Source: a virus. Taken from it: a DNA stretch of 64,000 nt. Shown here in pieces: positions 1-9,128 of the stretch. A model generated the notes under the pieces. The model ran no database searches. It saw only the letters and a list, made by a program, of their open reading frames with translations, and had not been told where the DNA came from. Position 1 is the first letter of the stretch. The number at the start of each line of letters is the position of its first letter. Made by a program: the position numbers and the translations under genes. Location: positions 1-64,000 of IMG/VR virus record IMGVR_UViG_3300044612_001159; one strand, given 5' to 3'.

Positions 1-744
1 TAACTCCTCAGCCCTATACTTATTTCCATTAGCATCAAGTTTCCAGCCTTGCTTTAGCAGTTCTTGCCACTCTGCTCTTTCAACCTCTTGATGTGCTCTG
101 GTCTGCTTCATTTCTTCAGCCCATGCGTCTCTGACCTCTTGCGGATATGCATCTTCTTCACGATCATCCCAAAATGAACCTATTGTATATCTAACTCCCT
201 TGGTTATAACTGTTACCTCGTGCATATTATTAAACCCACCGTCAAAAGCAGCAAGCATTCCTACTTTTGGCTTAATGCTAATATCTTGATCAGGGAACTG
301 TAAAAGTCCTCCCTCAAAATCATCATTCAAGTATAAAAATGCTGCATATCTACTTCTAGTAAAAGCCCCAGACTTTCCATGCTCATCTGTGTTATCTGAA
401 TGTTTTCTAGCATATGCTCCTGGCTCCCACTTTTGTGTATGATATCCAATTTGACAAATTACCTTTGGATCTAAATCATGTACGCTTGCAACAGCCTCTA
501 TTATTCCCTGCTTCATTTGTGAAAAAATATCAGAAGGCAAACCTTCAGAAATTACATGTTCATCATCATCTTGAGGAAGGACAGACGAATAAGATTCATA
601 GAATGATATTGGCATCCATGTAATTGTTCCAACTTCAACATGCTTGTCTAAAACTTTTACAAGTTTTTCTGCAACTTCTGGAGATATAAAGTTTTCATAA
701 ACAACTATATCTTTTGTTATCCTTGATTTGTTTTCTAGGTTCAT
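1..744 (-). CDS. 2OG-Fe(II) oxygenase (prolyl-4-hydroxylase-like), runs off window start
   Basis: Hand-translated (not in ORF track): ATG at 744 overlaps the upstream stop (ATGA); MNLENKSR...HSD...FLYLNDDFEGG...HEV...RY. Confidence 0.85.
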   Translation of the reverse strand, partial: MNLENKSRITKDIVVYENFISPEVAEKLVKVLDKHVEVGTITWMPISFYESYSSVLPQDDDEHVISEGLPSDIFSQMKQGIIEAVASVHDLDPKVICQIGYHTQKWEPGAYARKHSDNTDEHGKSGAFTRSRYAAFLYLNDDFEGGLLQFPDQDISIKPKVGMLAAFDGGFNNMHEVTVITKGVRYTIGSFWDDREEDAYPQEVRDAWAEEMKQTRAHQEVERAEWQELLKQGWKLDANGNKYRAEEL

Positions 745-1604
745 CTTACTCTAACTCCTTCTGGTATTTCAAACCTGTTTGGCAGCGTCTGCCAATATTC
801 CTGATTTATGTTATCCTGCATATCATACCATTCTTTTTTCCCAAACTCGGCCTCTTTTTTAAACCATTCTTCGCTTCCCAGACTATACTTTCTCCAATAC
901 ATTCTTGCAAAATATTTTTCATTTCCAGACGAAGGAAATACCCCATGTAGGTAAACACTGTCATTTTTTTTCAACACCTCTGGATGGCCCGAAGGAAATA
1001 CCAGCCAGTCTCCAGCCTCTGGCTTATACTTTATCAACTCTCCTCCTACATAAAAATCAATCTCTCCCCCGTCATAATCATCATTAAAGTAAGCATTTGC
1101 AGTAATTGCAAACTTATATCCTGGACTTGGAATTGGCTCTCTAATGAAATCAGAATGATATGTCATTGACATTTTGTCTAATATATCTTTATGATAACTA
1201 CATATTGATGGGCCATACATTTTCCATAAAGGAAATCTTTCTCCGTCCCTGTTTTCAACAATTTCTTTACTATCAAAATTAAAATCGTTACCATATCTAA
1301 GAATGTAATCTTGAGTTACTTTATCAAAGCCGCCTGCTAACTCTAAAAGAAAATATTTTTGATCCTCTTGATTCTTAGTTTCAGTCTTTATTTCTTTTAA
1401 ATTTTCATAACTCCACTCTTTGCCAAAAGTGTTTCCTGCTGGATAGTTTATGTATTTACCAAATTGTGCCCACTGTGACCATTCTCCAAATATTCTGTCC
1501 GTATTATCATTTGAAGATTCTTTTAAAATTTGATACATTTTTTCTACATTTTCAAAAATGTTTTTATAAACTAAAATGTTTGGATATATTTCTATAAAAT
1601 TCAT
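741..1604 (-). CDS. 2OG-Fe(II) oxygenase
   Basis: HSD, YFNDDYDGGEIDF, KP..GD...FPS, HGV motifs. Confidence 0.85.
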   Translation of the reverse strand: MNFIEIYPNILVYKNIFENVEKMYQILKESSNDNTDRIFGEWSQWAQFGKYINYPAGNTFGKEWSYENLKEIKTETKNQEDQKYFLLELAGGFDKVTQDYILRYGNDFNFDSKEIVENRDGERFPLWKMYGPSICSYHKDILDKMSMTYHSDFIREPIPSPGYKFAITANAYFNDDYDGGEIDFYVGGELIKYKPEAGDWLVFPSGHPEVLKKNDSVYLHGVFPSSGNEKYFARMYWRKYSLGSEEWFKKEAEFGKKEWYDMQDNINQEYWQTLPNRFEIPEGVRVR

Positions 1605-2362
1605 TAGTTATTCCTAATTCCATTATCTGGATCCCAGGCCCTTATTGACTCGTCATTAGGAAAAATTCTATGATAATCTTTAGTAAAGTCTGGTTTTATT
1701 TCTCCAGTATGCTCAAGAATCTCCCAAAAAAATGGACAGGTATACCTAATACCATTTTTAATTTTTGTTACCCCATGCACATAGTTCATGTCCCCTGGGA
1801 AAAAATATGCAGATCCACGCTTTGGCTTAAACTGTATTCCTTGATTTGGAAAATACAATTCTCCACCTTCATAGTCATCGTTAATATAAAATAAACTTGC
1901 TATGTCATAGTTTGGGAAATCGTTTGGTTTTCCAGCATCTGGTCCAGAGTGTAACTCTTTATCTGCATGCGGTAATTGATACTGTCCTGGATTCCACTTT
2001 ACAATTGTTTGTCCAGTTGGCCTAACTTTTACATTAAAAAATTCTTCAATAACTGGCTGTAGTTTGTTAAACAATCCTATAATTACTGGAACAATATTTG
2101 GATCATTTTGATTTAATGATGGAGCACTTGCTACTCGATCTTTCCAATAATCTGCATCATAAATAATTACTCCGTTTTCATTCTTATGGCTTTGTGTTAT
2201 ATCCCAAATTGTTATGCTTCTTGCTGCTTTATCTAAGAAATCGACCTCTTCCTGGGTCATAAAATTTTCTAGTTCAATGATGTTTTCTGGACCACTTCCA
2301 AAAAACCCAGAGGGTGTGCTGGAGGGCTTTCTTACTACTGTAACTGCATCTTGTGGATTCAT
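1604..2362 (-). CDS. 2OG-Fe(II) oxygenase
   Basis: HAD, YINDDYEGGELYF, HGV...RY; leaderless TATAAT-N6-ATG. Confidence 0.9.
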   Translation of the reverse strand: MNPQDAVTVVRKPSSTPSGFFGSGPENIIELENFMTQEEVDFLDKAARSITIWDITQSHKNENGVIIYDADYWKDRVASAPSLNQNDPNIVPVIIGLFNKLQPVIEEFFNVKVRPTGQTIVKWNPGQYQLPHADKELHSGPDAGKPNDFPNYDIASLFYINDDYEGGELYFPNQGIQFKPKRGSAYFFPGDMNYVHGVTKIKNGIRYTCPFFWEILEHTGEIKPDFTKDYHRIFPNDESIRAWDPDNGIRNN

Positions 2363-2390
2363 GTTTGAATTATATCATAGGACTTTTATC

Positions 2391-2846
2391 CTACAATTTT
2401 CCCTCTACTTCTAATTTTTTCAAAAACCTTTCAACATTAAACCTCCAGTTATCTTTTCCAAATGATGTAGCAATTTTTAAGCAAAGGTCTTCGTAGTCTT
2501 TTTTGTCTAACTTATCCTTTATTTGATAAAGGGCATCCGTGGTATCAATGTAGTTTTGTCTTACAAAAGATGGATCTCCAGCATGATTTCTTTTTAATAC
2601 TTTTGTTGTTACTTTTCCGCAGGGCTCATACAAAGAAACAGTTAGATAGTCTTTTGCAAAACCTGCATCCTGATACATTCTATAGCCATCTACAGCATCT
2701 TCTATATTTTGAAAAGATATAATAGATCTTACTGGGTCTTCTCCATCTCTTGCCACTGTAATCATATAGTGACCAATTTTCCTGTCTTTGGCATCCTGCA
2801 AATATTTATTTATTATGTCAGAGTGTGATGGATTTAATTCATTCAT
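2391..2846 (-). CDS. two-domain hypothetical protein (fusion of homologues of the 30939 and 28569 ORFs)
   Basis: By-eye alignment with two small ORFs in this window. Confidence 0.7.
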   Translation of the reverse strand: MNELNPSHSDIINKYLQDAKDRKIGHYMITVARDGEDPVRSIISFQNIEDAVDGYRMYQDAGFAKDYLTVSLYEPCGKVTTKVLKRNHAGDPSFVRQNYIDTTDALYQIKDKLDKKDYEDLCLKIATSFGKDNWRFNVERFLKKLEVEGKL

Positions 2847-3560
2847 TTATTTAGTGCTCCTATTATCTTTTACATTTAGCCTAAGAGTTTTTACTTCATG
2901 AGACCCGAGCGAATTTCCGTTTTCATCTACGGCATCTCGATACCAATCAGTCCACCCACCAGTAGAATTAATTTTTTGTGCAGCCTCTCCATAAGAAATG
3001 TTGGCATTCATTCTTGACTTATCTTCATCTTTATATTCAAAAACCTCTATCGTGCTATTATTTAAATTTGTTAATGATATAGGAATAATTGTTGCCAACG
3101 GAGTGCCAGATTTTATAACTATATTTTGATTAGCCTTCTTTGCTTTAATTGCTAAAGGCAATGGATTGTCATAGAATGAAGTTGTAATTAAGTTTGACAT
3201 AGTTTCAAAATCTTCATTAAAATAGTTAACTGGATTTATAGTAAAAATGCTAACATCAGAATCTGTTCTAAATATAAGTCCAGTATTTAAACTGATTGAA
3301 GACTGCCCTCTGCCTGCATAAGATCCTTGTGGACTAGAGATTATATTTATGTGTTTATCGGTTTGGTCATTTATTCCGTCCCAAATAAACTCAATATCTT
3401 CTTCACAAAAAATATTCCAGCCTATTACATTTGCCTGAGTAACAGGAAAACACCTATATGCATGCTTTTCTGATGTAACATCCATCCAATCTCTTTTTAT
3501 TGACATTGGGGATATTGAAAATGGTGCCCCATGCATTTTTTCGACTGAAATATTAAACAT
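2847..3560 (-). CDS. DUF6065-like protein
   Basis: RDWMD...HAYRCFPVTQAN..GW signature. Confidence 0.6.
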   Translation of the reverse strand: MFNISVEKMHGAPFSISPMSIKRDWMDVTSEKHAYRCFPVTQANVIGWNIFCEEDIEFIWDGINDQTDKHINIISSPQGSYAGRGQSSISLNTGLIFRTDSDVSIFTINPVNYFNEDFETMSNLITTSFYDNPLPLAIKAKKANQNIVIKSGTPLATIIPISLTNLNNSTIEVFEYKDEDKSRMNANISYGEAAQKINSTGGWTDWYRDAVDENGNSLGSHEVKTLRLNVKDNRSTK

Positions 3561-4246
3561 TATTCGTTATCCCATTTTGGGTCATACATATCTGGTGTAT
3601 GATACTTTTTACTGTAATCAAGCATTGTTACAATAGAATACTTTGTTCCAGAATGAACTGGCATTGCTTGATGTGGATACATAAAGTTAGAAGGAAATAT
3701 ATACAGATCTCCAGCCTTTGGCTTAATGTTTAGGCCCTGAAGTCTAAAGTATAACTCCCCACCATCATAATCATCATTTACATATGCAACCAAAGAAACC
3801 GTGCAATTATATGAGTATCCGTGATCGTGATGTTCTTTAAAGTGTTGTCCTGGACCATACTTAATAAAGTTAAAAGCCTCCCAATATTTAAGAGGCATTA
3901 TATTATAGTCTCTACGATAATCTTCTACTGCTGCTGACTGGGCGTCATAAACATCTTGCCAAAGTGCTTGAAGTTTTAATGAATCCTCGCTCTTGTCTGC
4001 CTCTATATCTGTTTTCTTAAACTTAAAATCAACACAATCTCTATAATCTGGCATTAATTGCTGATATCCAACATATGCAGGCATCCAGTGATATCTTTTT
4101 CCTTCTGCAGACAATTCTCCATATCCAGCAACAGATCCTAGTATATTTTCAAGTCTATTAATAACATCAATTTCTTTTTTTATAACATTTCTATAGCATG
4201 TAATACCATTGCCAAGCACTTCTTTTTCTGTCCAAGTTTGCATCAT
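3560..4246 (-). CDS. 2OG-Fe(II) oxygenase
   Basis: HHD, YVNDDYDGGELYF, FPSNFMYPH; start trimmed to MMQTW. Confidence 0.9.
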   Translation of the reverse strand: MMQTWTEKEVLGNGITCYRNVIKKEIDVINRLENILGSVAGYGELSAEGKRYHWMPAYVGYQQLMPDYRDCVDFKFKKTDIEADKSEDSLKLQALWQDVYDAQSAAVEDYRRDYNIMPLKYWEAFNFIKYGPGQHFKEHHDHGYSYNCTVSLVAYVNDDYDGGELYFRLQGLNIKPKAGDLYIFPSNFMYPHQAMPVHSGTKYSIVTMLDYSKKYHTPDMYDPKWDNE

Positions 4247-4251
4247 TTCTC

Positions 4252-5019
4252 CTATTTGTATTCTCTTCTTGACCAAACACTTTTTATATATACCCCGCCA
4301 TCTGGCTGGCGATAGGTTTTTGCATTATCCATTATTTTACCATAGATCTTGGAAGAATCGCTTATCTCTATTTCATGGTCCCAGTTATCTCTTTTAAAAG
4401 GAAGAATTTGCAGATACGGAGTCCCTGCTGGGATAGTTCCTTCCCATCCTTCTACAATAAAAAATGGAAAACTTCCAAGCAGGTGGACTTTGTCACTATC
4501 TACAATTCCAGTTGTATTTAGAAATGGTAAATCAAATCTATTCATTGGAGTCATAAACAAAGCACTATATCCTTCTGGTAACTCCAACCCCCAGTCAGCA
4601 GACCAGGCAAAATGGTTAGAATAATACCCCTTTGGATGCTCAAACTGTGGCATTGGTGGTCTTTGTGTACAAAAATCTTGACACTTTGGATCCTCTACTT
4701 TAACACTTATAATTCCTTGAGCATTTTTAAAAAATGTTAAATCACATGGAGTTCTAAAAACATATCCCGTTGCAAAAGCATCCATAATTGCTGGACATGC
4801 TTTCCATGTTGGAACCTTGCCAAAGTCGTCTGTTGTTCCTTCTTTTGGAAAGGGACAAACCTCTTTTGGCGCCTTATAATATTCACCATTAGGCATTTTA
4901 GCAAACCTGTCTGCATCCTTGTACCAATCTGGCATTTCTTTTTGTGTTGGGACTGGAACAGACTTGCTTTCTTTGTTTAGCCAAGGTCTGTAAGAAACAA
5001 ATTTGGCAATAAGCGACAC
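4252..5019 (-). CDS. DUF6065-related protein (TWKxCP..D..GY family)
   Basis: TWKACPAIMDAFATGY, GIVDSD, IPAGTP..Q..PFKR. Confidence 0.55.
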   Translation of the reverse strand: MSLIAKFVSYRPWLNKESKSVPVPTQKEMPDWYKDADRFAKMPNGEYYKAPKEVCPFPKEGTTDDFGKVPTWKACPAIMDAFATGYVFRTPCDLTFFKNAQGIISVKVEDPKCQDFCTQRPPMPQFEHPKGYYSNHFAWSADWGLELPEGYSALFMTPMNRFDLPFLNTTGIVDSDKVHLLGSFPFFIVEGWEGTIPAGTPYLQILPFKRDNWDHEIEISDSSKIYGKIMDNAKTYRQPDGGVYIKSVWSRREYK

Positions 5020-5735
5020 TACTTATGTCCTAGTTCATTAATGTCTGTCATAACGACAACGCAATATTTTGCTCCCGATTTCATTGGTAAAGATGCATGT
5101 TCGTATATGTAATTAGATGGACAAAGAAGAATATCTCCAACCTTTGGTGTATGTGTATATCCATCAAGTCTTGGGAACTTAATCTCTCCGCCTTCGTAGT
5201 CTTCATTTATGTATATTACCGCAGAAACCGTACAATTATACATTGGACCATGGTCTGCATGAATATTGAAGTGCTTTCCTTCACCCTCATACTTTACAAA
5301 ATTAAATGCCTCATAATATATAACGTGAATTCCCCAATATTTTGCATAATCATCAACACATATTTTTAGTTTTTGATATATTTCTTCATGAAGGTCAAGA
5401 AGTTCAGCATTATGTTCATCTCTTGGCCCCAAGTTTTCTTGCTTATATTTAAAGTCTACACAGTCTCTTGCTTTTTTGATTGGCACATCTGAATTTGTAA
5501 CCTTTGCGTCTGACCAGGTATATTTTCCATTACCGCCTAAGTTTGACTCAAGCATATTTATATATCTTTCCGAATCTTCTTTTGAAAATGTATTCCTGTA
5601 TAAATTTATTCCTAGTGCTGGATTTTCAACTATAAAGCCATTGCTCATAGTTCTTGTTGGATATCTATTTAATGCTGTTTCTGATCTATCTTTTGTAAAC
5701 CATGGATTTTGATTTTCATCATAAACTTCGTACAT
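5019..5735 (-). CDS. 2OG-Fe(II) oxygenase, paralogue of 3560-4246
   Basis: HAD, RDCVDFK, EAFNF.KY, YNCTVS shared with the paralogue. Confidence 0.9.
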   Translation of the reverse strand: MYEVYDENQNPWFTKDRSETALNRYPTRTMSNGFIVENPALGINLYRNTFSKEDSERYINMLESNLGGNGKYTWSDAKVTNSDVPIKKARDCVDFKYKQENLGPRDEHNAELLDLHEEIYQKLKICVDDYAKYWGIHVIYYEAFNFVKYEGEGKHFNIHADHGPMYNCTVSAVIYINEDYEGGEIKFPRLDGYTHTPKVGDILLCPSNYIYEHASLPMKSGAKYCVVVMTDINELGHK

Positions 5736-5822
5736 ATTAGTACCACTTTCTTTTCAATAAGCCTAGATAAAAGTATACCACACCATTTCTGATGTGGTAT
5801 ATCTTTTATTTATTATTTTATA

Positions 5823-6779
5823 TTATGTCGCTCTTGGACCGAACTTGTTTCCACCGAATGATGGGAAGAATGGGAAGAACGGTGGGAAGAATGGTGGGAA
5901 GAATGGGAAGAATGGGAAGAACGGTGGGAAGAATGGGAAGAATGGGAAGAATGGGAAGAACGGTGGGAAGAATGGGAAGAATGGGAAGAACGGTGGGAAG
6001 AATGGGAAGAATGGGAAGAATGGGAAGAACGGTGGGAAGAATGGGAAGAATGGGAAGAACGGTGGGAAGAATGGGAAGAATGGGAAGAATGGGAAGAACG
6101 GTGGGAAGAATGGGAAGAATGGTGGGAAGAATGGGGGGAAGAATGGGAAAAACGGTGGGAAAAATGGCGGGAAGAACGGAGCAATAGTAGTTACGCTACC
6201 AGAAGACGCAGATGCAGCAGAATTTCCATTAGCGTTAGTTGCATAAACAGTATATGTTTGAGAAGTATTTGCTTCTTGAGAAACTACCACTGATGTTGAA
6301 GCAGTTGAATTAGTTTTTCCATCTGAAGATGTCCATGTATATCCAGTAATCGCCTTACCACCATTTGCTGGGGCGGTCCAAGAAACCGTATCTTGATCTA
6401 CTCCCGCTGTTGCAGTTGGAGCACTTGGTGTTGCTGGAACAGTTGTTGCTGTCACAGAAGACGATGCTGATGAAGCAGCAGAAGTTCCTGCGGCATTTGT
6501 TGCAGTCATTGTAAAGGTATAGGAAGTATTAGATGCTAAACCTGTTACTCTAACTGGAGATGATGCGCCAGTTCCAGTAAATCCTCCAGGGGAAGATGTA
6601 ACTGTAAAAGATGTTGCTGCTGGAGAAAGCGCAGGTAATGTAAAAGATACATCAACTGCTCCATCATTAAATGCACGACCTGTTCCTACATCTGTCGCAC
6701 CAGTAATAGTTGGTGTTAATGGCTCCAAAAAGTCATTTGATGCTTGGGACTTTCTACCTGTCTTCTTGCCTGCTGCCAT
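5823..6779 (-). CDS. fibronectin type III domain protein with about 105-aa C-terminal Pro/Phe repeat; probable virion accessory protein
   Basis: Two FN3 repeats (VTGL...TSYTFT..ATNAAG; VSWTAP..GG..ITGY) followed by (PFFP/PPFF)n. Confidence 0.8.
   Translation of the reverse strand: MAAGKKTGRKSQASNDFLEPLTPTITGATDVGTGRAFNDGAVDVSFTLPALSPAATSFTVTSSPGGFTGTGASSPVRVTGLASNTSYTFTMTATNAAGTSAASSASSSVTATTVPATPSAPTATAGVDQDTVSWTAPANGGKAITGYTWTSSDGKTNSTASTSVVVSQEANTSQTYTVYATNANGNSAASASSGSVTTIAPFFPPFFPPFFPFFPPFFPPFFPFFPPFFPFFPFFPFFPPFFPFFPFFPPFFPFFPFFPFFPPFFPFFPFFPPFFPFFPFFPFFPPFFPFFPFFPPFFPPFFPFFPSFGGNKFGPRAT
5857..6180. repeat. coding tandem repeat of 9-nt AATGGGAAG and 12-nt AACGGTGGGAAG units encoding PFF/PPFF
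   Basis: Directly visible. Confidence 0.95.
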
Positions 6780-6809
6780 TTTATCTCCTAGTTTCTATTA
6801 AATTTTGTA

Positions 6810-8585
6810 CTACGCTGTTAGATCGCCGTAAACGACCCAAGTGTTTGCTGCTCTCTTTAGGAGGGTAGCAGAAGACCATCTTGTTCTTAATTTCAAACCA
6901 GGTGTTGCGTTTACTGTAACTGAACCAGAAACTGGAGCAATTGTAACCTGTCCTGTGTTTGTTTGTAGAATATCAATAGTTGTTCCTACTGGATAGTTTA
7001 CTGTTGAATCCAATGGAATTGTGAGAGTTGTTGCTGATGTAGAATCTACCTCAATCAACGAGTCTCTATGTGTTAATTGTGAAAGAGCATATGATGCTGT
7101 CTTTTGTACAATTGGAGTTCTTGATGGAACGCCTTCCTTTGTTTGTGTACCGTCTGAGAACACAACACCTGCAGATGGAGTTACTGTAGTTGCTTCAAGA
7201 GCGCCTACTGCAAGTGCATCAAGAGATCCTTCTCCAAATGCTACAACTGTTGAAGGCTCTGTTGCTACATCCTTAAATAACTTCCACTTAGCATCAGATA
7301 CGTCTCTTACGAGGCCTGAGTGCTTTGCTGTACCGTCGTTGTAAGCAACTACTAGACCAAGGTCGACTGTGTTTGCTGCATTCTGGTGAGCAAGTTGAAC
7401 CATGTTATCTTCAATTGTGATAGATGTTGCTGATGCTGAGAAGTTGGTTCCGTTAACTGTAAAGTCTCCGTCTACTACAAGGTTTCCGTCAACTTCTACG
7501 CTACCTGTAAATACTGCGCCTGCAAGAGAAGCCTTTGCATCAAGTGCTGTTTGTGTAGCAGTTGATACTGGCTTATTTGCATCTGAAGTATTATCAACAT
7601 TTGCGAGGCCTACTGAAGACTTTGTAAGTGCTGCTACTGCTGTTGCTATCTTTGTATCTGCTGCTGCTCCTGCTGCTGTTATTGCGTCTGCTTCTGCATT
7701 ATCCGCATATTCTTTAGTTGCAAGAAGTGCTGTATCAGCAATACCGTGTACGTTAGTTGTATCGTCGTTGTGTGTACTTACTGCATCGTCTGCATAAGTC
7801 TTTGTAGCAATTGTGTTATCAATATCAAATCTTTCGTCTACTGCGTTCCAGTCAATACCAGTTCCTGCAAGTGCTTGCTGATCTACGGTTGCTGCAGTAA
7901 TTGCATTTGCTATGTCTGTTTGTGTTGCAAGAACAGAAGTATCAAGAATTCCGTGAACATTTTCTGTTAGATTTTCGTGTGCTGTTAATGCTCCAGCAGC
8001 ATTGTTTGCTGCTGTCTGAACATCAGTTTGTGTAGCAAGAACGGATGTGTCAGCAATTCCATGAACCAGAGTTGTATCTGAAGCGTGTGTAGACAATGCT
8101 GAAGCAGCATCATCTGCTGCACCCTGTACGTCTGTAAGTGTTGCAAGAACAGAAGTATCTGCAATTCCATGAACCAGAGTTGTATCTGAAGCATGTGTAG
8201 ATAGTGCTGAAGCAGCATCGCTTGCTGCTGCATTAACATCTGACTTCAGTGCAAGGGCTGCTGTATCTGCAATTCCATGAATCATTGTTGAGTCATTTAT
8301 GTGATTTGTAAGATTTTGTCCAACTGTTGCAAAAAATTGTGGATCGCCATTAATTGCGCCTGCTAGTTCATTTAGGGTATTAAGAAGATCTGGAGCACCG
8401 TCAACAATTGCTGCGAGTTCGGCTGCATTGGCAAAGTACTGTAGTGCAGACCAGGCTGAGGAGCCGTTACCCATTTTAAATTTATTTGTATCAGTTTCAA
8501 AACCGATTTCACCTGCTGCGAGAACTGGGTTAGCAGCCGTCCATTGTGCTGCAGTTCCTCTGCGCTGTTGCATTCTTGTTGCCAT
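6810..8585 (-). CDS. tail fibre-like protein with Mtd N-terminal-type domain
   Basis: RRGTAAQW...NPVLAAGEIGFETDT.KFK.G.G; repeated H..DTT.VHGIADT; APDLLNTLNELA.A. Confidence 0.75.
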   Translation of the reverse strand: MATRMQQRRGTAAQWTAANPVLAAGEIGFETDTNKFKMGNGSSAWSALQYFANAAELAAIVDGAPDLLNTLNELAGAINGDPQFFATVGQNLTNHINDSTMIHGIADTAALALKSDVNAAASDAASALSTHASDTTLVHGIADTSVLATLTDVQGAADDAASALSTHASDTTLVHGIADTSVLATQTDVQTAANNAAGALTAHENLTENVHGILDTSVLATQTDIANAITAATVDQQALAGTGIDWNAVDERFDIDNTIATKTYADDAVSTHNDDTTNVHGIADTALLATKEYADNAEADAITAAGAAADTKIATAVAALTKSSVGLANVDNTSDANKPVSTATQTALDAKASLAGAVFTGSVEVDGNLVVDGDFTVNGTNFSASATSITIEDNMVQLAHQNAANTVDLGLVVAYNDGTAKHSGLVRDVSDAKWKLFKDVATEPSTVVAFGEGSLDALAVGALEATTVTPSAGVVFSDGTQTKEGVPSRTPIVQKTASYALSQLTHRDSLIEVDSTSATTLTIPLDSTVNYPVGTTIDILQTNTGQVTIAPVSGSVTVNATPGLKLRTRWSSATLLKRAANTWVVYGDLTA

Positions 8586-8640
8586 TTATCTCTCCTTATG
8601 GGTTCTGCCCATGAACTTATCTTATTATAACATCAATTTT

Positions 8641-9096
8641 TTAATTGAAATTATCTACTACACTACCGCCATCAAACACGACTGTCCACTCTGTTGTATC
8701 TGGTCCACCTGCGTCTATTCCTATTCCAAGCGGGCTGTTAAAAGATCCACCTTCATAGAATTGAGACACGATAAATCCAGTTCCATCAATTGCGGTATCG
8801 TGAATGTGCTGCGGAAGATTATTTGTATCATCAATAGTTGCTTGGGTATACCAAGTACCATTGTAATAGAAGTTAACTCGATTTGTTAGAGTATCTAACC
8901 ACTGAGTTCCATTAGTTGGGGATGAAGGAGCAGTTGAGCCTACAGCCATAGATCCTGTTAGGGAGTCTACATACTCCTTGGTTGCTGCATGTGAAGCAAG
9001 AGTTGGTGCCCCTACTGTTACTGCGCCTCCGAATGTACCGCCGTTAGTTACGGCTAATCCATTCTTTACCTTGAAGTCTTTATCGACTGTTGCCAT
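8641..9096 (-). CDS. virion/fibre-associated protein
   Basis: MATVDKDFKVKNGL N-terminus shared with the 9129 gene; HAATKEYVD fibre motif. Confidence 0.6.
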   Translation of the reverse strand: MATVDKDFKVKNGLAVTNGGTFGGAVTVGAPTLASHAATKEYVDSLTGSMAVGSTAPSSPTNGTQWLDTLTNRVNFYYNGTWYTQATIDDTNNLPQHIHDTAIDGTGFIVSQFYEGGSFNSPLGIGIDAGGPDTTEWTVVFDGGSVVDNFN

Positions 9097-9128
9097 TTAC
9101 TGCTCCTTCTTCCAACTATTTATTTTTT

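Noticed and set aside
5857-6180. CRISPR-like array
   Set aside because: 9/12-nt tandem units with no unique spacers, inside a CDS; no cas genes.
5792-6246. Plus-strand NGK/MGR-repeat ORFs and the minus-strand SH-repeat ORF over the tandem repeat
   Set aside because: Stop-free shadows of the repeat; only the PF frame is continuous with the FN3 gene and its RBS.
6810-8585. Diversity-generating retroelement suggested by the Mtd-like N-terminus
   Set aside because: No reverse transcriptase and no TR/VR pair with adenine-specific differences in the window.
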